Positions 39,843-50,950 of a stretch of DNA of 64,000 nucleotides are shown in pieces. Under the pieces are notes generated by a model. The model worked only from the letters and a program-made list of their open reading frames with translations. It did not search any database and was not told the origin of the DNA. Every line of letters begins with the position of its first letter. Position 1 is the stretch's first letter. The position numbers were made by a program, and so were the translations under genes. The stretch is from the human T2T-CHM13v2.0 reference genome, Homo sapiens: NCBI RefSeq assembly GCF_009914755.1, contig NC_060931.1; one strand, given 5' to 3'.

Positions 39843-42800
39843 TCAGCCCCCTTCAGGCCCCCAGCGCAGGCCCAGGGCCTGGAGCTTCTGCCTCAGGTAG
39901 CTCTTGAGCTGGGGCAGGCCTCTCTGGGACTCCAGTTCCTCGAAGGGTAGCTGTGGGGAGAGGAGAGGGCGGCAGGTTACCCGCAGGCTGGGAGTGAGGA
40001 TGCGCCACGGGCCAGGCCAGGGCCACTCACCGGCAGGAGCTGGTAGCCCATCAGGCCTAGGTGCCGCTCCCTCAGGGCCCTCGAGCCCAGCAGCACCCGG
40101 CCGTCCCGGCAGAAATGCCAGCGTTCCCGCAACACCAGCACCACCCTGCAGGGGGAGGGACGTGGCTCAGGGCATGGCGGGCAAGGTGGCCAGGGCTCCC
40201 CCACCCTGCCTCCTTTACCTCTGGGCAGGGTCTCGAGTAGTGGCGCTAGAGGCAGCCTGGCCCTGTGGGCAGGACCTTGGTGGGTATGGCAGGAAGGGGT
40301 CCTGGGTCCTCACGGGAAGCACAGCACCAGAGCTGCTGGCGCACAGCAGGAAGTCTGGAGGGGAGCAGGGCCGGCGGCCTTAGCCAGGGCTCCGTCTCCC
40401 CGGGCCTGCCGCCTGCCCCTTGCTCACCTGTGCAGTAGCCTGGAGGCACAGTCAGGTCCTGGCGGTATTTCTCCTCCCCCAGCAGCTGGCGCAACCCCTC
40501 AGCTACTATGTCCTTGTGACTGAGGAGAAAGGACACCAGTAGCAGGAAGGGCCCGGCACCTCATCCTAATCTGTCCCAGTCTAGTGCCACCACCCTGGGC
40601 AAAGCCCTCTGCTGCTTCAGGGCCCAGTTTTATGGTGGCCGAGAGCTCCTTAGCTTTGGCGCTTCATGGTCCCTCTGGCTTTTCCACTCTGCTGGTCCCA
40701 GGCTGGCCCCTCCCCTTGCCCCAGGCTGCCCCATCCACCTGTACTTGCAGCGGGCACGGTCGGTGATGAGAGGCTGGGGAAAGATGGGCACTTGCTGCCT
40801 TCGGGGAAGGCGGGGACCCCGGTATCCTGGGAGCTCCAGCTCCACGGCCGTGTCCAGCAGGGAGAGGTAGCGACGCACAATCAGAGCATGAGGGGTGCCT
40901 GTGGGGAGGCGGGGACTGGGGCTCTGGGCTGCAGGCCACCCTGCTCCCCTGCCTCTCCAGCCCTCAGGGGCCCAGCCAGCCATCCTGGCTGCGTACCACT
41001 GATGTAGTTGATGAAGCCAGGGGAAAAAACAAAGTGCAGGGCTCTGAAGGGCAGGCACCGCAGTTGGCACAGTGACATCAAGATGTTGACTGTAGCCAGG
41101 GGTGCCACCCCTGCTTCCCGAGCCAGGATCCTCTCAAGGCAGGGCATAAACTGCTGTTCCAGGGGCAGGTAGTTCAGTCGCCCAAAGGGCAGGACCAACT
41201 TCTGTACCACCTGTGGAGGAAGAGCAGTTCATTACCCAGTGTCAAGTATTTCTGCAGTCATCTTTTACAAGCTAAGCCTTAGAGAGGCTTAGCCCTCAGG
41301 TTTACAACACTGCTGTAAAGACAGGACAGTCCCTCCGGCCTCACAGTTCAACAGCAAAGCAGTCACGAGCTGCACGTGACTAATCACCAGACAGGCAGAG
41401 GGGACATCGCTGTGGGGTCTGGCCCTGAAGACTTCGAGAGGGATGGGTGGAGCTAGGATGCTGCTAAGAGTGCTTTGGGAAACTGCAGATTTCCAGGAAT
41501 GCATGCTGCTGACAGGAGGTGGGCAAGCCACAGAAAGGGTGTAGAAAAGATGCAGGTCCCAGGGGACAGAGAGGGTGTGTCTGCTTCAGGAAAAGGATAG
41601 CCGAGCTGCACGAGGCGCTGGGCCTGACAAGGTCCCTGAGAATGACAGAGATGCACTGGAGGGTGGGTGGCAAGCCCACCTTGCTGCTGAGTTGCGTTTC
41701 CTGAACCACCAGGAAGTGGGCAATGGCTTCCAGAAGCTGGGGCTCCCGCAACCGGTGCCGGGCCAGGTGCTGGGCCAGGAGCACCATCACGTGGGGAGTC
41801 AGTTCCTCTGGCCTTGCCTCTGTGAAGAGCAGCCTGTCACGCTGGGCCTCAGCCGGACCTCCGGCTGGCTCAATTCCACCTCAGCCCAGCCAACTGAGCC
41901 CACCTTCCTCCTCCTGTCAGCCCTCCCCACCCCCATCTGATTTTAACCCCCTCCAGCACCTGCCAGGCTGCTGATCAGATGCTGCCGTGGATACCGCAGA
42001 AAACGGGGGCAGCTTAGAGCAGCTTCCAACCCTTGCCCACCTCGGAGAAGGGGCTGCAAAGGGGGAGGTGGCTTCGGAGGGAGGCGGAGCCTTCGCTCCT
42101 GTTCCAGGGCACACACCAGGGGACCATCAGATGGAAAGCCTGAGGGGGAGAGGTAAAAGGCAGCCTGGTAACAGAGCTGTGCTGCTGTTCTTATCATGGG
42201 GTTACTTGGTGAATTCTCCACCTTTCTCCTCTCCCGTTTCCTGAGCGGGAAGGTGTGCTAGAGTTTAAGTGCAAACACTAGAGACATGTAAAGTATCATG
42301 TGGCTATGAGGTATCGAAACGGTTTGTAGGGAGTACATACAAAGATGGCAAATAGGCTTTCATCTCATACCAATTGTGACAAATTATGGTGGCTTCCTAG
42401 GGCACTCTATTAGCAGGAATCTGGGGTGGCACCCTAGCGAGGCCGGAAGGAGTGCATTCGACTCATGATGTCTGCCGCAGACATAGGACGGGAGCAGGAG
42501 CAAGCGTTCCTGGGCAAACGCCTGAGAGGCTGGGTCTCTGTCCGTGGTCCTCTACTGTTCTCCCTATTCTTCATTAACACCTAGCCCCCCAGGCGCCCAC
42601 CTCAAGCCCCTCCTCACCAAGTAAGACTGCAAGGTGCAGACACACGTGGATGGTGTGAATGTCAAAGGAGGGGCAGTTTCGGATGATGAGCTGACTCAAG
42701 TCCTGCAGTGTGACCTGCTCCACAGGAGGGGGCCGTGGCCGAGACCCCAAGAGCTGGCCCAGACGACGAAGCGCCACCGAGTAGTGGTGGGCGCGCACCT

Positions 42801-43884
42801 TGCTGGGGTTCTGGCCCAGCCAGCGCAGCAGCTCCCCAGGGCTCTTCGCCTGTTCCAGAAGCCGCTGCAGTCCTTGCACAGGACCTGCACTGGGGCCTCC
42901 TCCAACAGGCCGGTCCCCCCATTTGCTGGGCCCCAAACAGCAGGGCTGTACTGGAGGGATCAGCAGCAGGCCAGACAGCCGAGCAGGGGAGGTCTGAGCA
43001 GAGAGCAGGACTCGAAGCATGGAGTTGGGTGATGGAGACCCTGAGGGGCAGCCCAAAAAAGGGGGTGAGGTTTTCTCCAAAGGGGAGAAAGACCTGCTAC
43101 CTACTGCTTACCTCACTCCTCATTTAGGGGGCCTGTGGTCAGAGCAAGCCTTTGTGACTGCTCTGGGCCTCTTCCCCACCCCGCCCCTCTGCCTCCTTCC
43201 ACGCCTTTGAAACAGCAATCATAATCCTCAGTGCGCTCAGCGCAGCACTACTTGCAAAGCAATTCCACATGCACCATCTCTGATGCTCCTTACACGCCCA
43301 TGAAGAGTAGGCAGGGCTGGCATTACCTCATTTCACCGGTGGAGAAACGCAGGCCCAGAGCAGCGAAGGGGTTAAGTTAAGCCCGAGGTCATTAACCGGG
43401 TTAGTGGTCGCGCCCAGTCTGGAGCCCAGGCGGCACCGGCGTGCACTCTCCCGACCACCTCCCTCTCCCACAGGAGGCGGCGGCGGCACAGAGGGTGGAA
43501 CGCGGGCTCCGCGGCTGGACGGTGCTGGGTTCCATGCTGGGCGCTCCCACTCACCAGCGGCGTGACCTTGGACAAGTGGCTTCGTCTCTCTAAGTCTCCT
43601 CACCCGTGAAATGAAAACGCAGCGCCCACCTCGCAGGGCGCGCGTGGAGCCCGAGTGCACCGCTTTGCGATGGCGCGGAGTCGGCGAAGTCGGGGGCCCC
43701 AACACCCACCCCGGCCCAGGGACGCCAGGAGACCGTGGCCGCTGCCGCTAACACCAGCTCCCGCTGCCCTCCCGCAGCCCTCCCCGCAGGCGCCACCCCT
43801 ACATGACTCCCCGGGCCCTGCGCAGGTCGCTCCCTCAGTCGGTCTCGGGGCCCGGGGGCCGGGTTCCCCCCGCGGCCTCCTCAT
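39843..43884 (-). CDS. FASTK: Fas-activated serine/threonine kinase (FAST/RAP-domain RNA-binding protein), 549 aa; mitochondrial isoform from Met35 (ATG at 43020)
   Basis: Exons 43803-43884, 42618-43040, 41960-42139, 41680-41819, 40997-41210, 40739-40898, 40428-40519, 40219-40354, 40031-40145, 39843-39950 sum to 1650 nt. RAP-like end RERHLGLMGYQLLPLPFEEL. Confidence 0.97.
43220..43420. mobile_element. MIR in FASTK intron 1
   Basis: CATTTCAC..GGAGAAAC..AGGCCCAGAG..GTTAAG..GCCCGAGGTCA. Confidence 0.55.
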
Positions 43885-43889
43885 CGGCT

Positions 43890-44200
43890 AGCCACCGAGT
43901 CCGCCATCTTCCCAGCAGCCCCTAGATAGCCGCCCGGACGCCAATCCCGAAGCAGCTATCGGTCTTCGGAGACGTGGCTCCCGGCAGGCACTGCGAGCCA
44001 GGGAGCCGCGAGCCCCGCCCGCGGGAAGTGCGCGCCCGGCGCCGAGGGCGGGGCCACGGAGGCCGGCGCCAAAGCCAGAGCAGAACGCTGGGGAGAAGGG
44101 AAGGCGGAGGGCCAGACCCCAGGCGCAGTCCGTGCCCTTCTCTCCCAAGGGGCGAGGACTCCCCGCCCGCCAGCCCGCACACACTCAGACACACTGCAAG
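43890..44200 (-). promoter_or_regulatory. FASTK: FASTK CpG-island promoter
   Basis: YY1 motif AAGATGGCGG (43910-43901), CCAAT at about 43941, ETS-like GGGAAGTG at about 44023, several GC boxes. Confidence 0.7.
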
Positions 44201-44220
44201 AGTGAAAACTTCACAGTTAC

Positions 44221-44226
44221 TTTAAT
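44221..44226 (-). terminator. TMUB1: TMUB1 polyadenylation signal ATTAAA
   Basis: The only AT-rich hexamer I see in the GC-rich 3'UTR, followed by GU-rich GTGTGTCTGAGTGTGTG. Confidence 0.7.
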
Positions 44227-44666
44227 CTGCACGGGTTCCGGGGAACTCCTCTGCCCCTCCCCGCTCCCCTTCACCAGCCTCCCACCGACCTGGCGTCCCC
44301 AACTCAGCCCAAGGAGCTGTCAGGGATTGGAGGCGGCTGGGTCCTCCGGCAGAACACTAAGACGGGCCCCCGGGGCGGCCCGGCTCTGCCCGGGGCCGAG
44401 GCAGCGACAGCAGATGCCCGACCCCGAGGAGCCCACTCCCAGTGCGGGCTGAGGGTCAGCAGCCCCGGGAGGTGGCCCCGAGCCCCGGCGGTCGCAGGGC
44501 GGGGCCTCCGCCAGTCCCGGGAGTCCTCTGCGGCGCAGGGCTGGGCTCCAGGGCAGCGGGAAGAGGCAGGCCGGAGAGGCGGGCCTGGGCAGGCAGCAGC
44601 TCCCGCCGCGGCGCGGGGAGCAAGGTCCGGAGGGGCCGGCGACGCTGCCAAGCGCCCGCGGAGGCA

Positions 44667-45681
44667 CTACGGGCGGTACATGGCAAAGGCCAGGAGACTG
44701 AGGAGCAGGGTGAAGCCGGCCAGGCCCAGAGTGGCGGTCAGGGGAAAGAAGGGCCGGTACTGGATCTGGCAGTACCAGAGCAGCAGCAACAGCAGGAGCA
44801 GCAGGGGCAGCAGCAGGCTGCCGATTTCCAGCCCGGAGGGGCCGGGCTCGGACCCCGGCGGGCAGGGGGGATTTGGGGGACCGACTCTCGTGGACACGTG
44901 GCAGTGGAGAACGCAGTTGGGAGGGAGGTGAAGGCTGCCCAGGGTCTGGGTGTCGTCGCCTAGCAGCTGCCCTTGGTAGATGAGTCGCACCTGCTGTTCC
45001 CGGCCGGGAAACTGGGTCCTGAGGAGAGAGGGACCTGGGTAAGAGAGCAGGCCTCAGGCAATCCTAGTCCCTGGCCCCGGAACAGCACTCCCACCCTCCC
45101 CCTGCCCTCCACAACACACCGGCCCTGGCCTGGGAGGGGCCGTCTGCCAGGGGAACAAGTACAGTTGTGATCTGGGGCGCTCAGCGCCTCCAGTATAAAG
45201 GAGGGCTGGGTCTTAGGTGTCTCTGGGGGCCTTCTGCGACCACTCTCCCAACCCCTGTCTTTAGCATTGCTCCTGCCTCTTGACCTACTTACCTTTTCAA
45301 GGAGCCAATGGTGTCGTGGGGCCAGGCCCTGGCCACCTGCTCTGAATCATTGAGGAATTTCAGCCGTAGCACGAGGGGCTCCTGCGGGGAGTCCGGGGCT
45401 GGCGGTGTTGCTGTGAACCCCGTGCTGGGCTCTGGCTGTGCAGCTTGACCTCTGTGTCTCAGGCTGGGGGTCTCTGCCCCTGGGGCCTCCCCTCTCATGC
45501 TGTCGGTAGCTGCCATGGCTGCGCTGGGCTGGGATGGCGTTGGGGTCCCTGACGGCTGGGGCAGTGGGTCCCCGCCCTCAGCGGTGTGCGTTGAGACCCA
45601 GGCAAGGGCCAGCACCAGAAGGCAGGCAAGCACCGAGAAAAGGACGGTCACCTCATCACCCACCCCTTCAATCAGGGTCAT
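44667..45681 (-). CDS. TMUB1: Transmembrane and ubiquitin-like domain protein 1 (HOPS), 246 aa
   Basis: Coding exons 45293-45681 and 44667-45018 sum to 741 nt. MTLIEGVGDEV start, UBL domain (VLRLKFLND...VRLIYQGQLL), C-terminal hydrophobic helices. Confidence 0.97.
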
Positions 45682-46551
45682 GGCGCCTGCCTTGCCCGCC
45701 GCGCTACCGAGCTGGAGAGGCACAAAGAGCCCGTGAGGCCCGGGCCCCCTGGCCAGGAGCCCTGGAACCTCCACAGGGTCCTGCCCTCACCCCACCGCGA
45801 CGCTCCCACCGTCCTCAGCCTCCGTCCCCTCACCCACCCCAGGGTACCGGCTTCTCTGCCTCCCAGTCGCCCCAAACTTGCCTCCGGGTGCCCCTTCCCA
45901 TCGCCGAATCCCAAGTCCTAACTTTCTGTCATCTGAGCTCGAGGTCTTCAACCAGCTCCCAACTCACCCAAACCCTATCCCAAGGTAAGGGCTTAAGCAA
46001 CGCCTCTCCTAAACTTCACCCCAACCAAACTTCACCCCCAAGCGTATCTATTCTCCTGCCCACTTCACCCCAGTGTGTCTACTCCTTCACCGACTTCACC
46101 CCAGGCTCATCTACTCCGCTGCTAAAGTTTCTAAGAGGTGGGGGTAGAGCCTCTGTGCCCCCACCCCCGCCCCCCGCGTTACGGTTCACCTAAACCCCAC
46201 CCGCGGCACAGGACTGCTTCCCAGGCTTCCCCCACAGCAAACGTCAAACTCCGCCCCTGGGCAATCTGGAGCCACCGAGCGTCACCACCCACCCAGCTCG
46301 GCCCCCTCCAGGTCCCCTCAACCCCACTCCGCGGAGGACTAACTCCGCGCCTCCTCTGGAAGTCTCTCCAAGCCCCCCGGGCTGCCTGACCCCAGATCCC
46401 GCCCGGAATCCGAGACTTCACGTTCCCCACCCCCACCTCTCATCACCCCTCCCACCTTCCCGCCCCCCGAAGCCGCAGGAGGGCACGGCGATCCCGGCCC
46501 GACCGGGGCCCTGGGCGGCGGGGTGGGCGCGGTCACGGCGCGGGGACTCAC

Positions 46552-46640
46552 CGCCCGGCTCCCCCAGCTCCATCGCGGCCCCTCGGGCACTTCCGGGCGG
46601 GAGGCGCGGAGGTCGCAGGCACCTGAAGCACCCCTCCTTC
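46552..46640 (-). other. TMUB1: Probable first (5'UTR) exon of TMUB1 (start approximate)
   Basis: Strong donor GCG|GTGAGT at 46552/46551 in a CpG island; matching acceptor CTCTCCAG at 45712/45711, 30 nt before the ATG. Confidence 0.7.
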
Positions 46641-46900
46641 CCCGCCGCCGCGGCCCGGGGCATTGTGGAACTTGTAGTCCGGCGCCGCGCTGTCCCCGCC
46701 CTCCGCCCTGCGGACCCACGTGTGGGGCTCCACCCGCGGTTCTCTGCGCCTGCAGATCGCGAAGGGGCTGGCGGGGGCGGTTTTGGGGGTTGTGCTACCC
46801 CCTAGAGGTTTGGGCGGCAGCAGCGTCCGCCCCCTCCCCTGCCAACAGCCAGGGCATCTATCACACCAGACACCGACGTCAGCTGGAGCACGTCAGAGTA
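46580..46900 (-). promoter_or_regulatory. TMUB1: TMUB1 CpG-island promoter
   Basis: ZNF143-type GGACTACAAGTTCCACAATGC (46680-46660), ETS CCGGAAGTG at about 46590, CRE-like GACGTCA at about 46875. Confidence 0.65.
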
Positions 46901-47129
46901 CCCGTGTTCGTGATGCAGTGTGGAAGGCTCTGAGGAACTCAGGTGGCCCCTACTGTTATGTCAGAGTGGACGCCAGAAGGCACTTTGGCCACCAAAATTA
47001 ATTCTTCAGCCCAGAGCCCAATATCCATGGGCTGCCCCACCAGGCTGGCTAGGGATACCCATCCTCAGGGCTGCCCCTTTCCTTGGTCCCCTCCTCCACC
47101 TTCGGGACTCCACAGCCCCTTCAGGGCTG

Positions 47130-47310
47130 TGGAAGAAGCATAGACCTTGGAACCTGGCAGAAATCCTGATCCCTTATCTTGTGCTTCTCAGCTATATGAC
47201 CTTGGGTGGGTTATTGAATCTCTCTGAACATTAATTTCTTCCTCTCTAAAACACACCTCGTAAGTCAATCATAAGGAAGAAATTAGATGTTTTATTAAAA
47301 AGTGTAAAAA
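47130..47310. mobile_element. MIR
   Basis: AGCTATATGACCTTGGG..TTATTGAATCTCTCTGAAC..TTTCTTCCTCTCTAAAA. Confidence 0.55.
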
Positions 47311-47676
47311 CTAAGGTACATGTCACACAGTAGCTATTCGCTCCACCTCCACCCAAACCTGGTCTCAGGAGTCGGGTCTTTGGTGTGTTACTGTGTGGAT
47401 GGCATTGAATCCCAGGCCTGTGGATATCTGGATTTTTCCCTCTGGGCTCCTGTAGCCACAGAGATCTCACATCCTGGTTTTTACAGGCCAGTCTTGATTT
47501 AAAATAATCTATCCTAGTCTTCCCATGGTTCTTGCCTACTGTGGGAGCAAGTGGCCCAAATATTGCCTTAGGAATGTCAGTCTAGATTGATACCATACAG
47601 AACTAACCTACCTCTAGTTCCATCCCTCCTGTTCATTCATTTATTCTACTAACATATTTTTTAAAAGATGTACTAC

Positions 47677-47961
<285 letters not shown>

Positions 47962-47995
<34 letters not shown>
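47962..47995. repeat. (CA)n microsatellite, about 17 units
   Basis: Pure AC run directly after the Alu tail. Confidence 0.95.
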
Positions 47996-47997
<2 letters not shown>

Positions 47998-49139
47998 TAT
48001 CCCAGGCATTGTGCAAGATACTGGGAATAAAATGGTGAATCAGACCCTCTTCCTGCCCTCATGTGGCTCCATATACTAGTAGAAGAGCTAGACGTGTGAA
48101 CAGCCCAACAGTGCTATAACACGTGTGTGCTAGTTGCTGGGGCAACACATTTGAGGAGCTCTTTGCTCTTAGTGTCTCTCTTGGGAGGTATACCTGGTGC
48201 TACTTCCTGCTGTCAATTCTAATTAAGCACCTAAAAGAGATGTTGGATGTTACTTTTAGAATTATACAACATCAGAACTAGGTTTTATGTTCAACCACTA
48301 TATTTCGCAGATGAAACCCAGAGAGGGCACAAGATATCCTTAAGCTTATGCAGGGAGATAGAAACACAGGTTCCTCAGGAGCTTAGGAGACCCTGTGTGT
48401 TGATTAGCTTGCACCAGGTGCTTTGGAAGGTACAAGGAACTCGGGAATAGTGACTGGGTTGGTTCTGGGGCTGAGTTGTGTGGGTAATCAAACAGTGGAC
48501 AGCTTCATGCTGGGAAAAGATCCAGCTTGGCCAGGGAAGTGGAAGTGTGCGTAAGAAGGACGATGTGTGTCACTGATGCCCTAGGATATCTGGGGGTAGC
48601 AGATACCCTGCAACATCTCTGGCAGATTTATTGGCTGCGGCCTCTGCAAATGTCACCTCTTGTAGGTTTTAGGAAACGTGTGTGTGTTGGTGGGGGGGAG
48701 GGGGCTAACAGAACTGCAGCCCACTTTGGCAATGGGACTGCAGAGGAACTGGGACATTTCAGGGAGCTCCCTGGCCCTAGAGGGAGTGAAAGGACAGGAT
48801 GGACAAGGGGTGAGGACAAGAAAAATTGAGAGCCACGTGGGCTTTGGTTGGTCTCTCCAATGGGATGAGTAGGGGAGAAAGGCATATACTATTTCATCCC
48901 TCCCTCTTCTTCCTCTATGTACCAATGGGGTCGGGTAGCATTTAGCTAATCTCCCAAGTCCGGCAGGGGGAGGGTCTTTTAGGAGAGCACTGCTGCAGCC
49001 GGCAGTGGAGAGCCTGGGCAGGGAGACAGGGAGAAAACTCCGGCAGCAGGGTGGTCTCTAGGGCTGACCTCGGAGCCTGGGGACAGGGGAGCCTATGCCG
49101 CACTGAAGGCGGGACGCTGTAAGCGAGGAGCAGCTGGGC

Positions 49140-50950
49140 CTGGGCGGACTCCTCGGCCAATCAGCCTCGGTCAGCAGCACCCTCAGGCGCAGGGCACTGT
49201 TTGGGCATTGCCTAGAGATCCGACACCCCGCCCAGATCAGCGCAGGGAGGCGAAAGCGACAGCCGGGCGCGGGAGGAGACCAGGGCAGCTGTCCCCTCCG
49301 CGAGGGTGGCCCTCGAGGCAATGCGGGTGGGGGCTGGTGAGGAGGCGGAAGGGCCGAGGCTGAGTGGGAGGGGCCGGGGCGCCAGGGCTGGAGCGCGCGG
49401 CTCGGGGGTGGAGGCTGCAGAGCCAGCGAGCGAGCGAGGGGCGGGGGCGCCCGGGCCGGCGCGCAGGAGGGGCGGGGGCGGCGGGGAGGGGGGCTCGGGC
49501 TGCGTGTGCCGGAGCCGGCGGGGGCGGCGGTGCGTGCGCATGACGCGGGGGGAGGGCCTGGGCCGCGCGCTCCCGGTCCCGTTGTTGTTGCCGCTGGAGG
49601 CTGCTCCGAGGCAGCGGGATCACGGCGCTGGGAAGCGCTCGGCAGCGGCGGCCACAGCGTGCGCGGCGGCGCCTCCTGGCCTCGGCCTCCGGCCCCCGGC
49701 CCCCGGCTCCATGCGCTAGCCCCGCGCCGCCAGCCCAGTAGTCCCGGCCCCGCCAGCCCCGCGCTCCCGCTCGCCGCTGCCGCCGCCGCCGCCGCCTCCG
49801 CCGCGCCGCCCCGGGCCCGCCTCGGGCCCCACGGCTCCGAAGCCATGAACTTCCAGGCGGGCGGGGGGCAGAGCCCGCAGCAGCAGCAGAGCCTGGCGGC
49901 TCCGGGGGGCGGCGGCGGCGGCGGCGGCGGCAGCGCGGGGGGCGGCGGGCAGTTCGGCGGCGCGGGGCCCGGGGCCGGGGGCGGCGGCGGCCCCTCGCAG
50001 CAGCTGGCCGGCGGGCCCCCCCAGCAGTTCGCGCTCTCCAACTCCGCGGCCATCCGGGCCGAGATCCAGCGCTTCGAGTCCGTGCATCCCAATATCTACG
50101 CCATCTACGACCTGATCGAGCGCATCGAGGATTTGGCGCTGCAGAACCAGATCCGGGAGCACGTCATCTCCATCGAGGGTGAGCGGAGCCGGGGGCTGCG
50201 GGAGCCGGGGCGCAGTGGCCTCTCCGGCGCCGGCCGAGGGCTCCACAGGCCGTGCCTGGCCATGCTCTCCCTGTCGGGGGTCCTTGCGCGCTTGAGGACC
50301 AGGCCACGAGGTTTGCCGATCTGTGTTGCAGAACCGGCGGGCAGCTTCGCCATATCTCGTTCGGGGACACTTTGGGGTTGGGGGTTTTCTGCTGACTGTG
50401 TTCCAGGGCGCGAAGGTGGTGTCGCTTGGGGGGGCCGGGACCAGATCTGTCCAGGCCTGGCCGGGGAAGGTGGGCGCGGCAGAGGGCTTCAGCTGCGGGG
50501 AGGTGGGGTCGTGACCGGGGAGGCTTCTTAGCCGCTGCCCGGGCCCTGCTCCGCAGTGGGGCGGGGGATCGGAGCCTCGCGTTAGTGGATGGCAGCCTTC
50601 CCGGGCCCAGCGCCCGCAGGCCCGGAGGGTGGCGCTCGCCGCGGCGCCCTCTCCCGACGCACACCCCCTACGCCGCGGCGGCCAAGCGGGAGCGGGCCGG
50701 GCCTGGCGCTGGGCTGAGGCTCAGCGACCGCGTGGGAGGCGCCGGCAGGTCCATCCGCGCTTTGGCCGGGTCATGAGCCTGACGGGGATCCGCGGCTCCT
50801 CGGTCTGGAGGCAGCTGCTGGGCAGCCGGGTGCTGACCGACCGCCAGGGACACCGCACCCGGAGTCGGGGACCGGAAACCCCCGGCCACTGCGCTGCCTA
50901 GCGCTTTTTTCTCTGGGCCCTTAGGCCCTGGACTTTCGACCGCTGAGGGC
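49140..50950 (+). promoter_or_regulatory. AGAP3: AGAP3 CpG island / promoter
   Basis: Very high CpG density; CCAAT at about 49157, GC boxes, NRF1-like TGCGTGCGCA at 49531-49540. Confidence 0.75.
49845..50178 (+). CDS. AGAP3: First coding exon of ArfGAP with GTPase domain, ankyrin repeat and PH domain 3; the gene continues beyond the window
   Basis: [15 protein letters not shown]...[32 protein letters not shown] (AGAP1/3-type N-terminus), donor G|GTGAGC at 50178/50179. Confidence 0.95.

Noticed and set aside
49058-50092. 344-aa antisense ORF over the AGAP3 CpG island
   Set aside because: Low-complexity Pro/Ala mirror of the GC-rich sense strand with no recognisable domain.
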